DNA of 64,000 nucleotides from Rhizaria sp. SCN 62-66 (Eukaryota): assembly GCA_001724265.1 (NCBI GenBank), contig MEDY01000016.1, positions 62,001 through 126,000 of the forward strand, given 5' to 3'. A program made the translations under genes and the position numbers. Below are positions 46,371 to 59,114 of this stretch, one piece after another. Position 1 is the first letter of the stretch; every line of letters starts with the position of its first letter. Below the pieces are notes generated by a model, which was given only the letters and a program-made list of their open reading frames with translations, did not search any database and was not told the origin of the DNA.

Positions 46371-47608
46371 CGCAGCAGCAGCAACAAGCGCAGGCGCAGG
46401 CGCAGCAGCAGGCGCAACAGCAGCAGCAGAAGCGTGGCCAGATGCAGCACATCACGATCACCCCTCCGGCCAACGCTGCCGTGACCGCGATTGCGGCCGG
46501 TGTGCCTGCGACGCCCCCCGGCATGCCCCACCCTCAGCCCTATCCCCAGCAGCAGCAGCAGCAGTGCCAGCAGCAGCAGCAGCAGCAGCAGCAGCCGCCG
46601 CAGCCGCAAGTGACTGTGGCTGGCGGCGGCGGCGTGGCCGGCCTGCGTCCGCGCGCGTCTGCGTCTGCGGACGCGATGCCGTCGCAGCTCATGTCGACCA
46701 TCATCGACGCGGCGGCGCGGTGGGAGATCCTGGTCGACGAGCCGTCGCTGGGAACTGGCCACTTCGCGCAGGTCCGCCGTTGCCGCCACCTCGTCACGGG
46801 GGAGCTGTACGCCATCAAGATCATCGACAAGAAGGACCTGGCGCAGTCGTGGCCCGTGGTGCAGGCCGAGATCGACATCCTGCTCCACGTCGGCCAGCAC
46901 CACAACATCGTCGGGCTCGTCGACACCTTTATGGACGGCAAGTACTTCTACCTCGTCATGGAGCTCTGCCGCGGCGGCGACCTCTTCTCCCGCATCATGA
47001 AGATCGGCAAGTACACTGAGCGCGACGCCGCGCGCGCGTGCCGGCAGCTGGCTCAGGCGCTATAGCACATCCACAAGTGCGGCGTCACACACCGCGACCT
47101 CAAGCCCGAGAATATCCTCCTCGTCGACGAGTCGCCCGACTCGCAGATCAAGGTCGCCGACTTCGGGCTCTCGAAGCTGATGCCGCAGGCGTCTGACCAC
47201 GTGATGCGGACTGTGTGCGGCACGTGGGCCTACTGCGCGCCCGAAGTGATCAACCACCAGCCCTACACGTCGGCCGTCGACAACTGGACGCTGGGCGTGC
47301 TCATGTACATCCTCGTCTCCGGCTACCACCCGTTCGACCCGTACGGCAACGCGCCCGAGCCCGTGCTGCTGCGCGCCATCCTCGACTGCAAGTATGACTT
47401 CTGCGACCCAGTGTGGAACGAGATCTCGCCGGAGGCGCGCGAGCTCATCTCGTCGCTGCTGCGCGTGCGGCCCGAGGAGCGGCTCTCGCTCGAGACCGTC
47501 CTGCAGTCGCCTTGGATCCAGGGCAACGCCAGCGAGCGCGAGATGCACCACCTGCTGCCACGTCTTTCGTCGCTCCAGTACATCAAGCAGCGGCAGCAGC
47601 AGGCGTAA
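45398..47608 (+). CDS. CAMK-group Ser/Thr protein kinase with Q/H-rich N-terminus (736 aa if TAG is read), in-frame TAG at 47063-47065
   Basis: LGTGHFAQV, YAIK and LVMELCRGGDLF precede the TAG. HRDLKPEN, DFGLSK, CGTWAYCAPE, DNWTLG and PEERL follow it in the same frame. Stop TAA. Confidence 0.9.
46289..46369 (+). repeat. Pure (CAG)27 coding trinucleotide repeat (polyglutamine)
   Basis: Counted directly. Further interrupted CAG runs flank it in the kinase N-terminus. Confidence 0.95.
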
Positions 47609-48725
47609 CGGAGCGCGCGGATGTTCCCGCCGCGACGCTCGCCACTACCCCCGCCATACTCGTGCGCTCGCGTCACACGTACCTCGACGCACACACGTCC
47701 GTACGCACCCCTCTGTACACTCACTTCTGATTCACCGATGTGCACGCCCAGGCGCGCTGCCCCGCCGCACGCACCCTCTCGTGGACGCCCATTCGTTCCC
47801 TACACACATAACTTAACACACAACTCTCCCGTACCACACGACAACACCGCACAACCACACGCATTCGTTCCCCTTAACTTACTTATCGGCCTCTTCTTTG
47901 CTTGTGTAGCCGGATCCATTTCACCCTGGGTTACATCGGTGTGATCTCTGTTCACTGTGATGAAACTCAGCAGGTGTTGTCTTTATATCCGCGAATAACA
48001 AGCATCAAAGGCGTTGCCACATCAAAGCTACAATTTTACTTTTATTTTTGCATTGTTTACACGGGTTCGCTCACACCCGCGCTGGACAGTGTATCACGTA
48101 CAAAATTCACTTTCACGAACGCTATCACAAACGCGCTCTTGCTGCTGTTACGCAGTCACTCACTCCCATGCGTGCCCTTTGACGCCCACCCCCGCGCACG
48201 CACCGATTCTTGGACTTTGTTTTCGCTCGCTCGCGCCGGTCTCCCGATATGTGCACCACACATGTTCTGTCGACACCAGGCTCGCGGTCGCCCAACAACA
48301 CCGATCCAACATGAGCGGTCTTTACGTTTGCGGGTGTTTCACGTGAGTTTGACAAGTGCTGCGTTTCGTACTCGTTGAGTTTTGTTTCTCAGCTCTTTCT
48401 GTGTTTTTTTTTTCATTAAAAATATTCTCCTTTTGTCTCTTGTTTCAGGCTATGACATATGATCCTTGTAATTCAGTCTCAGTTCAGAAATGCCTGTTAA
48501 TCCGTGCGCGCCGTTGGGCGCGCGTGCTCGATTCGCACATTTCGTGGTCACGATTCCGAAAAATCCAAACCATATCCCCACCCCTCCCCACTGCGTGTTT
48601 ATTTGATTACAATCGTCATTTTTGTCTTGTCCAAAACACATCGTATTGTCTCACTTTTCTTGTACTAGTCTAGATCTATCACAAGCAGTATAGAACAACC
48701 TCCGTAAAAATAATTCCATCATAGT

Positions 48726-48755
48726 CAACAACAACAACAACAACAACAACAACAA
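48726..48755 (+). repeat. (CAA)10 microsatellite in non-coding DNA
   Basis: Directly visible. Confidence 0.95.
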
Positions 48756-49687
48756 ATCATCTTCCAGAAAAACAATCAACACGTCCAGTCAAATACTGTA
48801 ACACACAATACTCAGCTCACTCAACAACGCCAACAAGTTCTTTGCTTTCGCGGATCTCTGTTGTTTGTTGTCCATATCCGTTCGTCTTTAGCTTTTTTTC
48901 CTTTTTCATTCCAACTTGTGAACCGTGTTTTTGCCTGTTTCTGTCTGGTTGTTCTATCTTTGTTCACCCCTCTTTTTTGTTGTTGTTGGTTTGTCTCTGC
49001 GTCGCATTTATTCAAACCATATTCCCTGTAACCCCCCCCTCCCCCCCACCCCCCTCTCCACACACACACACAAGCTGATCACCCGATGGCACGCCGCGAC
49101 TGCGCTTTTTCTGCACTGTTGCTCTCCGTGTTTTCTGTTTGTTGTTTTGATTCGTTGTTGGTGTGCTTCCTTGCGAGCCTGTCTTCTGAGCGTCCGTGGT
49201 TGCGCGTTCACACTCGCGCGCGCGTTGTGTTGTTCCGTGTTCATTCGTGTGCTTTTTCCTGCTTCTTTTCTTCTTATGTTTCTCATAATTCTTCCTCACA
49301 CATTGTGTGCCACGTTTAACATTCATACACACATCGCCTTTTCAATCACAACATTTCCACACTGGAGCAACCGGTTCCTTATTCTTTTTTGCTAATGCGC
49401 GAAAAATTCAGAAGATACTTTGATTTCACCAAGAAGGGTATAATTTACCAAGTAAAAAACAGGATAGTCAAAAGCGAAAAAAAGCATTGATACAAAAGAC
49501 AGATTCTATGTCCGTGAATTCACCGAGCTTTATTGATAATCTTTTTTAAGTTCCGGCCCCACAAATCACAGTATCGTTGCGTCGTTTGTACCGACCAACA
49601 AGACACCACGATTAAACGATTCAAAGCGCTCACGAAGCAGACCACACATCTCGCTGCTAACTCGCTCCATCACCGTGCTCACCGTGC

Positions 49688-50704
49688 TCACTGAGCGCCG
49701 GCACCGGGCGGCTGCTCGCCACCCGGCGCGCCCGCCTGCCCGAAGGAGATGCTGTAGGAGCCAGTGGCTGGATCCTGCACGGCCTTGAACTGGTCCAGAC
49801 TCATCCCGAACTTGCCCAGGATCGTGTTGCCGAAGCCCTTAAGCTTGTCAATCATCTCGTCCTTCTGCTTCTCGAACCGGGCCGCGACCTCCTTCTCCAG
49901 CGCGGGGAGGCGCTTGGCCAGCGCTGTCTCCTTAGGGTCCAGCTCCACCGCGCGCTTGTAGTCCTCCACGGCCTCCGACAGCCGGTCCAGCTTCTCGTAC
50001 GCGCGGCCGCGGCGCACGATGGCCTTGACATAGTCGGCGTCGAGGTGCAGACATTGTGAGCACTCATACACGACGTCCTCCCACTGCTCCAGCATGAAGT
50101 GCGCGGCCGCCTTGTTGCTGTGGTACACCAGTCGCGCCGGGACGTCATCGTCCGGCACCGTCAGCAGCGCCTCGGCGTAGCAGTCCAGCGCCGACTCGTA
50201 GTCGCCCTTGCCAAAGTGCTTGTTGCCGCGCTCCTTGGCTTCCAACGCGCGCGCCGCGTCCTTGGGCAGGTTGTCAAAATAGTCGTCGTCGTAGAACGTC
50301 GCGGCAGGGTCCTCGCCCTCCGCCGCAGCCGTAGTGGCAGCGGCAGCGGGCGCGGAAGAGGCAGCGGCTTCGTCGTCGTCGGAGGCGCCGGCGTGGGGCA
50401 CGGTGCTGTCGTTGGTGCTGCCTTGCTCGCCGCCTTGTTCTCCGCCTTGTTCGCCGTCGGTTTCGGTGGCGCCGCCGAAGGGGCCGTCGCCGTGTTCGTC
50501 TTCGTCCTCGTCCTCGTCCTCGTTCTCGTCCGCGTTATCGTCACCGTTATGGCCGTCCGCGCTCTTGGTAGTAGAGCAGGAGTTGGCGTTGAGCGCGGTA
50601 GAGTCGGAGTCGCCGCCGAGAGAAAGAGAGCTCACACCCGCGGTGACAGTGTCGGCAGTGGCCTGAGCAATCTCGTCGTCTTCGATAATCTCGATCGTCG
50701 CCAT
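49688..50704 (-). CDS. TTC1: Tetratricopeptide repeat protein 1-like co-chaperone
   Basis: Acidic N-terminus, three TPRs (KERGNKHFGKGDYESA...) and the characteristic C-terminus EMIDKLKGFGNTILGKFGMSLDQF...GSYSISF. Stop TGA. Confidence 0.88.
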   Translation of the reverse strand: MATIEIIEDDEIAQATADTVTAGVSSLSLGGDSDSTALNANSCSTTKSADGHNGDDNADENEDEDEDEDEHGDGPFGGATETDGEQGGEQGGEQGSTNDSTVPHAGASDDDEAAASSAPAAAATTAAAEGEDPAATFYDDDYFDNLPKDAARALEAKERGNKHFGKGDYESALDCYAEALLTVPDDDVPARLVYHSNKAAAHFMLEQWEDVVYECSQCLHLDADYVKAIVRRGRAYEKLDRLSEAVEDYKRAVELDPKETALAKRLPALEKEVAARFEKQKDEMIDKLKGFGNTILGKFGMSLDQFKAVQDPATGSYSISFGQAGAPGGEQPPGAGAQ

Positions 50705-51148
50705 CTGGGAAAGTACAAGAGAGGTTTACGTATAAAAAAAGAAGTTTGATATAAAATATAAGAAATATGATATGATTCATTCCGAGCATGTCAGGAGACG
50801 GTCGTGTTGATGTGGTTCGTCTTCAAAACAAATTGTCTTCAGATCTGCCGCCGAGTGGCCACAGACCGAGAGCTCGCGAAGGCGCACCTCGGACACATCG
50901 TTATATTTCGTCTATGATCGTCAAGCAGATATGAAACAGCGATGTTAGGATACAACACACGATTTCCGTAATGCCCCCTTTATTATATTTCTTAAGACCC
51001 TTGTTTGCCTTTCCTGCACTTCTTTTCCTGCCCCCACCACTCCCACGGCACTGCCCCCTGTACTCGCACACCACACTGCACCGCACTCTGACTGGCTATC
51101 TTTCCTCTCTGGCCACTTCCAGCGCCGTCGGCTTCGCTTTGTGTTCCC

Positions 51149-53711
51149 ATGTCCAGCGGCCGCGGACTCGTTGTCCACAACCACCTCGCGATTCTCAACG
51201 CGAACAAGACCATGAGCAAGCGCACGCACAACCTCTACTGCGCACCCAAGGCCCACTCGAGCGAAGGCGGGCTCATCCTCACCGTCGGCGACGGAGATTT
51301 CAGCTTTTCGCTCTCGCTCACCATGGAGCTTGAGCTGCGCAACCGCACGACGGGCATGTCCCGCCTGGTCGCGACGTCGTACGATCCGCTGGCGCAGGTC
51401 CTGGCCAAGTACCCCGCATCGGCAGTCACACTCGACAGCCTTAAGAGCCAGGGCGTGTGTCGCCTGCACAACGTTGACGCCACGCAGCTCATCCCTTCGC
51501 TCGACAAGTCCCTCGCCATCTCAATTGCGCAGAAGCGCCCCGGCTTCACCCCGCCGCCCTCGTCCACCTTCACCCGCGCATTCTCCCGCATCATCTTTAA
51601 CTACCCCGCCGTCGCCAGCGCGACGGCCATGCACGGCGCCGAGGCCAAAATCCTCCTCACAGACTTCTTCCGCGCCGCGCAGCCTGCGCTGGCGCCACCT
51701 ACCGTGCCCTCAGTCTCGGCGGCCGCGCGCGCGGCGGGGCTCCCTGCTGACGCCGCGGGGCTGCCCGAGCTGCCGCTGTGCGAGACCGCGGCGATCAACG
51801 CCAGCAAGCAGTCGTACAACGCTATCCCCAGCGTGCCCGCCACGAACAGCAGCAGCAGCAGCGCCAACGCCAAGGGCGGCAACGGCAAGCAGCAATCTCA
51901 GCAGCAGCCGGCCGCGCTTGCGGCGGGCAGCGCGGTGGACACGGACGCTGTCTTCGGCGGGCAGGTGCACGTCACCCTGCGCACCACCAGCGCCTACGCG
52001 GCGTGGGAGGTGGTCGAGGTCGCGCAGTCCACGGGGCTGCGGCTGCTCAAGACGGCCGCTTTCAACGCCATGCACTACCCCGGCTACAGCGAGCAGCGCA
52101 CCGCGGGCTCGGACTTCATGCGCCACACAGCCGGCACCGTCGAGCACAACAGCGGCAGCCGCAAGCACGGCGGCGGCGGCGGCGGCGCGGCGGGGGCCGG
52201 CGGCGACGGCGGGCTCATCTACGTGTTCGTGCGCGCGCCCGCGCTGTGGGTGGCCGAGGGCGTGGGCGCGGCAAGGGCCGGCGCGCGCGGCGCCGCGGCG
52301 GGCGCCGTCGTGACCCGCAAGAAGGTCAAGACGGTGCTCGTGCGCAAGGCTAGCAGCGACGATGACGACGCCGATGATAGCGACGCGGACGACGCGGACA
52401 ATGAGGTTGCTGACGATGAGAAGAAGGTCAGTAGCAATGCAGATAACGACGACGATGAAATTGTTCAGAGCAGTAAGGTTGCGAAACTTGCGAGTGCTGC
52501 TGCTGCGCAAGATGATGACGATGATGACTACGATTTTGACTCGGCGTTCGCCAACGCGCCCGCGCCCGCTGCCATCGCCGCTGCATCGATCCGCAAACCC
52601 ACGGTCGACGCGGACTCCGAGTCAGACTCTGACCCCGACACTGCTGCTGAGGCCGCCGCTGCTGCCGCTGCCGCTGCTGCCGAGGCCGCGGCTGAGGCCG
52701 AGCGTCGCCGCGCCGCCGCCGCCGCTGCTGCTGCGGACGCTGTCGATCAGCACGGCATTCCGGCGTCCATCTCTGCGCTGCTGCGCAAGATGACGTCGCT
52801 GCCGTCGCACTCGCGCATGTCCCGCAACGCCGGCGCGGAGGCCAAGGCCGCCGCGGCCGCAAAGTGCCCCGCGCAAGTCGCTGCGCTCGTGGCCGCGCGC
52901 GTCAAGGCGTACGGCAGCAACAAGCCCGTGCCGGAGACGCTCGCCACCGTCCCCGTTGCAGGCGGCAGCAGCCCTGCGGGCGCCAAGGGCAAGAAGGGCG
53001 ACGCCGCTGCCGCTGCGACCGGCGCCCCCGGCTCCGGTGCCGCTGCTGCGGCCGCTGCCGCCGCCACCGCCGCTGCTGCGGTCGCCGCGAGCGCCTCGCC
53101 CCTCGACGCCCGCGCGGCCAACGCGGCGGCCCTGGCCGCGGCGGCCGCCGCCAAGGCCGCCGCGGGGCCGATCGTGCGCAAGACCGAGGTGGCGCGGCGC
53201 GCGATGCCGCTGGCGTTCGACGTCGACGAAGACGCGCTGGCCACGCGCGCGGGCCGCATCGCCGGCGTCGCCGAGACCGTCAACGTAGGCGACATCATGC
53301 GCGAGAGCTTCGAGGCCGAGTTTAAGGCGCAGCAGGCGCGCTCAGAGGCCGCAGCGGCCAAGGAGAAGCTCCGGCTCGAGACGAAGGCGGCCAAGCTGGC
53401 CAGGTACGTTAGACAACGAAACGACGTAAAAATAACAAAAAAAGATATATCTCACTGAAAATGCTTAATGACATCGATATTTTTGTTAGTGCAAACATAT
53501 GTTGTATTTTATGGTATATGTCTTTGTTGTACTCGATGAATATCTCATATTGCGTTTATACTGTTCCTTTCTTCTTTCGCTTCACCTCGCGTTGCACAGG
53601 TGGGCTGCGGGCGTCGGCGCGAGGCCTGTGGGGCCCGTCGGTCCCGGTGGCGCTGTCGAGGCGCGCATCGACCAGGTGAGCGACCTCTTCGACGTCCGCC
53701 GGTCCAAGTAA
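51149..53711 (+). CDS. BMT5/DUF2431-like rRNA uridine-N3 methyltransferase domain protein with low-complexity tail, 2 exons (51149-53403, 53600-53711)
   Basis: ILTVGDGDFSFSLSL, LVATSYD, VDAT, FSRIIFNYP, VHVTL and YPGY. GTACGT...CAG intron. Stop TAA. Confidence 0.8.
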
Positions 53712-54354
53712 GCTTTGTTGGCGAATACACGCGAAGAATAGCACGGATACCTATGCGAGCTTCGTGACAATGCACTTGCTTAACACTGAGCAAGGATATC
53801 ATTTATTACCTAGTCAACGTTATGTTACAGTCATACGTGCATGCACGCGCATTCATGTCTTATGTTACATGATAAACACAAAGTCAGGTCAACAAACGAT
53901 GCACAGATGCGAATACATCATCATGTTCATGTGGACGTTACGCAATCACCGGTCAACACGAGATGTGTTTAGTGGAGTGGAATATACGACGTAAGGATTT
54001 GATAATATTGTTTATGTTGTGTTCTATTGTATTTGAATTATTTCTGTAGTGATGTGGTTTTGTCATTGTGAGCATAAATAAGGGTAAAGTGACTCTCCAA
54101 TGAATAGGGATACGCGCACGATATTGATGTGCGTATGTGTTGCGTTGTGACGTATTTTCGACATAATATTATCTTCGCTTGGTGCCGTTACTGTTGAACT
54201 AGAATGGAATTGCTAAAGTATGATAAAATTAAAGTTATGACCAGCGAAAGACGAGAATCCTGGTCAAGCTAAGTCAACTCTGTACACTTTGTACCGTTTC
54301 GCTTGGGGGCTCGCTTGCATTTTTGCATGCTTGCGCGCAAACGTAGCTGCTCGC

Positions 54355-57061
54355 TTACCAGCGGGCGCCCTGGCTGCCGCCACGGTAGCCACCGCTGCCG
54401 CCACCATTGCGGTCGTTGCCGCCACGGAAGCCACCGTTGCTGTTGTTGCCGTAGCCGCCGCTGTTGCCGCCATAGCCGCCCTGGTTGCCACCACGGTTGC
54501 CACCGTAGCCGCCGGCGTTGCCGCCGCGGTTGCCACCGTAGCCGCCCTGGTTGCCGCCACGGTAGCCGCCGCTGCCGCCACTGTTGCCGCCGCGGTAGCC
54601 GCCGCTGCCGCCGCGGCTGCCGCCCTGGCCGCCGAAGCCGGCGTTGGCGCGGCGCAGGAAGAGCTCGGCGGGGAGACGCTCGAGGATGCGGACCTCGCCC
54701 AGCCCGGCGACCGTGGCGGCGCCCGCCTGGCCGTTGGCCTCGATGAAGTCGTGGAGCATGGGCACGACCGAGTCGGGGATGTCGAGCAGCAGGAGCGCCG
54801 AGGTGGACGTGGACGCACTCGCCGTCACGGGTGCGCCGATAGCCGCAGTGAGCTGGCGCGCCGCCTCGAAGGCCGACACGCGCGGGTCCGCGACGGAGAT
54901 CGTCGTCATGTTAGGCGCGGAGGCGAGCAGCGAGAAGGACGTGCCGGCGCTGGGCTGCGCGCGCTCGATGAGCATCTCCACCACCGAGGTGAGGACGTCC
55001 TTGTAGTTGTTGTCGTGCTTGTCCAGCAGACGCGTCGCGATGTCCATGGCCGCGGCCGTGGTGCTTGAGAGCGGGTCGGCCGCGCCCTCCTGCTCCGTCA
55101 CGCGGCGCACGCGCGCCAAGGTGCCGGGCACGGCCGCGTTCACGTTCTGGAGAAAGGGTTGCGAAAAAGAAACAATGAAAAGACAGCATGCAAAAAATGA
55201 GATATTAAGATGATAAAAAGATATAAAGACGTAGCCAAAGAAAACACCACACAAGTGATCAAGTATACACAGTAATTATTTGTTCCAATGTACCTGGAAG
55301 ACAGTGCGGAGGGTGGCGGCGTCGATCTCGCTGGCCGTGAGGTCGCTTGGCACGACCTGCGAGAAGCGCACGCCGGTGGCGGCCGAGATGGAGGCCATCT
55401 CGGCGCGCGCGCGCTGGTCGTAGAGCATGACGCACGTGCCCTTCTTGCCGGCGCGGCCAGTGCGGCCGGAGCGGTGGACGTAGCTTTCGATCTCCTTGGG
55501 GACGCCGCACTGGACGACGAGGTCGACGTCGGGGATGTCGATGCCGCGCGCCGCCACGTCGGTCGCAACCAACACCTTGAGCTGACCCTGGCGGAAGCGC
55601 TGGAGAATCGTCTCGCGCGTCGACTGCGAGATGTCGCCGTGCAGCGCGGCGCAAAGCTGCTGGCCGCGGCGGCCGTTCATGGACGAGCTGGTGCTGCCGC
55701 TGGTGGCGTTGAGGCGCGTCTCGAGGTCCGACGCGAAGGCCTTGGTGTCGGAGAAGACGATGGTGCGGCCGGTGTGCGAGTAGGCCTTGATGAGGGAGCG
55801 GATGATGACGGGCACGTCGTCGACGCTGGCGGGCATCGCGGCCGCCTTGTGCGTGATGAGCGTGGGCGTCTCGCCCGCGGCCGCCGACGCCGCGCAGTCG
55901 ATGAAGACCGAGTCGCGCGTGTACTTCTGCGAGATGCGGTTGATCCACGACGGCACGGTGGCCGAGAAGAGGATCGTCTGGCGGTCGCTGGGCGTGTTGG
56001 AGAGGATGCGCTCGATGTCCTCCGCGAAGCCAACGCGGAGCATCTCGTCAGCCTCGTCGAGCACGACGTGGCGCGTCGCGGCCAGGTTGAGCACGCCGCG
56101 CTCGATGTGGTCCTTGAGGCGGCCGGGGGTCGCAATCACGACATCGACGCCGCGCGACAGCGCGCGCACCTGACCGTCGTAGGGCGTGCCGCCGTACACG
56201 GTGCACACAGAGAGGTTGGGGTCCAGGCGCTCGATCTCGCGGGCGACCTGGTTAGCGAGCTCGCGGGTGGGCTCCAGGATGAGGATGGGCGCCGTGTTCG
56301 GGGCCGGGCGCGGGTAGTTGGCCTGCACCAGGGCGTCGATCAGCGGGAGACAGAAGGCGAGCGTCTTGCCCGTACCGGTCTTGGACTTGCCGATGACGTC
56401 CTTGCCCTCCTTGATGGGGCGCAGCACCTCGGCCTGTGTTACGATTCGTTTAGAAAAACAAATAAAGGTGCGAATTATGTGAGATCAGCTATCATTTGGA
56501 TATAAATGCACACGTATGTAGGGAAGTAGTCGCTAGATACTAATTCTTCTGGTTTGATATTACAGAGCGCCGCTCTTACGGATACACCACCCAGAATGCG
56601 CATATATGAGTTGGGAGAGTGCATGAGCATACCTGAATGGGGAAGAGCTGCTCAATGCCAAACGACTTCTGAAGCGTGTTCACGATGGACTTGGACAGAC
56701 CGAAGTTGGTCACGGCCAGCGCCTCGTTCTTCTCGATCGTGTCGGCCACGGCGGCGTTGGCGCTGGTGCCGGCGGACGCGCCCGCAGCGGCGGCCTCGGC
56801 GGAGAACGCGGCGGCGGGGGCGGCGACGACAGGGCTCACAGCGGGGGCCACGGTTACGGCGATGGGCTTGAAGGCAAGCGAGGGATGCGCGGCGGTGAAG
56901 AGCGAGGCCACGGGAAGCGCGGCGACGACGGAGGGGCAGGCGGCCGCGGCAGTGCTGGAGCCGGACGTTGCGGCGGCCGCGAGGGGGCCGAGACGGGCGG
57001 CCGTCTGAGCGACGGAGCGCGTCACCTGACGGGAAACCGCAAGCTTCGCAAGCGACTTCAT
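54355..57061 (-). CDS. DEAD-box RNA helicase (DDX21/RH9-like) with RGG tail and probable mitochondrial presequence, 3 exons (57061-56633, 56433-55294, 55146-54355)
   Basis: Q-motif LFPIQ, KTGTGKT, PTRELA, TPGR, DEAD, SAT, ARGID and HRSGRTGRAG. C-terminal GGYRGGN repeats. Stop TAA. Confidence 0.93.
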
Positions 57062-57499
57062 GGCTGTGTGCAAAGAGAAGAGTGAGTTACACACGGATAG
57101 AGTGGAAGGAAAAGGAGGGCGAACGGTGAGAGACGTTGGGGCGAGGCTGCACGTCGAGAAGTGGGCTGGAGGTCGGAGAAACAAGGGGCTGGAAAGAGAG
57201 TGATACAAGCTGTTTTCACAACACAAAAAAAGATTTACATAATATCCGCCAAAATAACTCCAGCGTTTTCTTATCTCGACTCCTGACGGGGCATTGTTCG
57301 CTTATCCTGCAGCGAAATGCGTGGTCTTCGGTCTTCAAGGTTGCTCGCCCACGGTCCTTGCGGCTTGACTTTGATCTGGGACATTTTTGGCATTCGAGAA
57401 GGTATATCACGCTCTAGTCGGTGTATTATTTCATTTGACTAAGTAAGCCGGCTGTGCAAAGCCTTGAAGCACTTGAATATATCACTCCGATATATGCCG

Positions 57500-59114
57500 T
57501 CAGACGATTTCAAGCTCATGCATCAACTGAGTGAAGTCTGTCATCAAGTCCTCCGAAGCAGCACCCTTGCTTTCCCACCCCTTGCGAGTCTAAACAAAAT
57601 GAATTCAAATTATTTTCCACAAATTATGTTATTTTGTTAGAATATACATGTTATATAGCGGTACTGCACATATTATAGATTGTTGTTACGGTAAGATTCG
57701 ATGCAGAGAGAAACACGTACCTTGTCGCAACCCCGGTGCAGTAGCACTCCGTGGCCCCCAAAGCGCTTGATGCCAAGATAGTCGGCGTCAACGCTGTCGC
57801 CGACGTGCAACACCTCGTGCTAAAATACACGAGCAATATCACATTGATATGAGGCAAGATGATGATTGAAGAGAGCAGTTACATCCGAGGTGAGTGACGT
57901 ACACCATGAATAGCACGAATACCAGCTAAAAGAACATCATCACACCAAGAAGATAAAACAAGAAGATCATTAGGTAAGCAGTATATCACCTAAAATTCGC
58001 TTAACGTACCGGCTTGATGTCGTCCGCGTCAGGAACGCGCTGTTTGAGCGCGTTTGTGCCCTCCTGCAGCGCGACGCGGAAGATCTCCGGCGCAGGCTTA
58101 GCGGCGCAGGCGAGCTTCGACAGCGTCGTGAAGTCGATGTAGGGCGCAAAGCCCAGGGCGGGGATAACTGCGTCGCGGTAGCGCTCGTCTGGAAAGCGGG
58201 AGTCGAGGGGGAGTGTACAGGGAGGCAATGATGTTCAACTACATTGTGAGACCAGGTAAGTTAGATATGTTTAAGTTGCCACTATTGACTTCTCCGGTTT
58301 CTATTCATTCATAACGAAGAGTAATGACAATTTAAAAGTTATAGCAATGATATGGCATACCTGCGTTGCTTACAACACCTAAGGGCACGACAGCGGATGG
58401 GCTTGGCTTCAGAAAGCCGCTGGCAAGCTGTGTGACCGAGCTGAGCTGTTGCTGCTGGTGCTGCTGATGCTCTTGTTGATGTTGTGCTTTGAGCCACATG
58501 GCAAAGTGCAGCGCGTCGTCGTGCCTCTGATAGGCCTCGTCTGTGTCGAAGAGTTTGTATAGCTTGCTACTGAGCTCCGCTGCCTGCTCTTCAGTCACGC
58601 CTCTAACCTCCACAAGAGAGGTCTCACTGCCACTGATCCCGTTGTTCTGACTGAGGCTAGGGCTGCGAGCATCTGTCTGCTGCAGCGCCGCTGAGGAGTC
58701 ATCAAGGTGCGCGAGAGTGCGGCGCACGCAGAGATCCCACCAGTCGGGTGAAGAGAGCGTTTCGCCGCCGAAGCACGGGTACTCCTTGATGGTGCGGCGG
58801 TACGCCTGCATAAATGCTGTAGAGTACGGACACAGTTGAATGATAAGTACGCAGTAAAAACGTTACAAAAAGTAGAGTGTGTGGTTAGCCATGCACAAAA
58901 TCTCAGCAAATCAAGTTGAAGCAATGATTTGTATGCTCAAATAATCGATTTGTGGGTTCGTACCAGTGTTCATGGCGTCAGGCCCTTTGTGAGTGATGCC
59001 GAGTTCCTCCGCTGCATTGCAGTAGATCTGACCGATAGAGTCCTTAAACTGCATTACCGTGCCGGTAAAATCAACTGTCACAAGGCGAATGGGAGCACCA
59101 CGGAAGCGCAACAT
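57500..59114 (-). CDS. HAD-superfamily hydrolase, HDHD3-like, 5 exons (59114-58964, 58816-58361, 58188-58010, 57819-57721, 57589-57500)
   Basis: Motif I VTVDFTGT, motif II LGVVSNAD, motif III KPAPEIF, motif IV LHVGDSVDAD. Four GT-AG introns keep the frame. Stop TGA. Confidence 0.85.

Noticed and set aside
46237-46524. Poly-cysteine ORF on the minus strand
   Set aside because: It is the reverse complement of the CAG repeat.
47180-47608. Separate 142-aa kinase-fragment gene listed in the ORF track
   Set aside because: It is the in-frame continuation of the upstream kinase beyond the TAG, not an independent gene.
45398-47608. Calling the kinase a pseudogene
   Set aside because: There is only one lesion, all catalytic motifs are intact, and a second gene plus the stop-codon usage point to TAG recoding. 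It is not fully excluded.
47609-49680. Search of intergenic regions for a suppressor tRNA(CUA), other RNA genes or a transposon
   Set aside because: I recognised no cloverleaf, A/B boxes, terminal repeats or transposase by eye. A covariance-model scan is needed to be sure.
54380-54640. Tandem repeats resembling a CRISPR or satellite array
   Set aside because: They encode the GGYRGGN/RGG tail of the DEAD-box helicase, with no unique spacers or cas genes.
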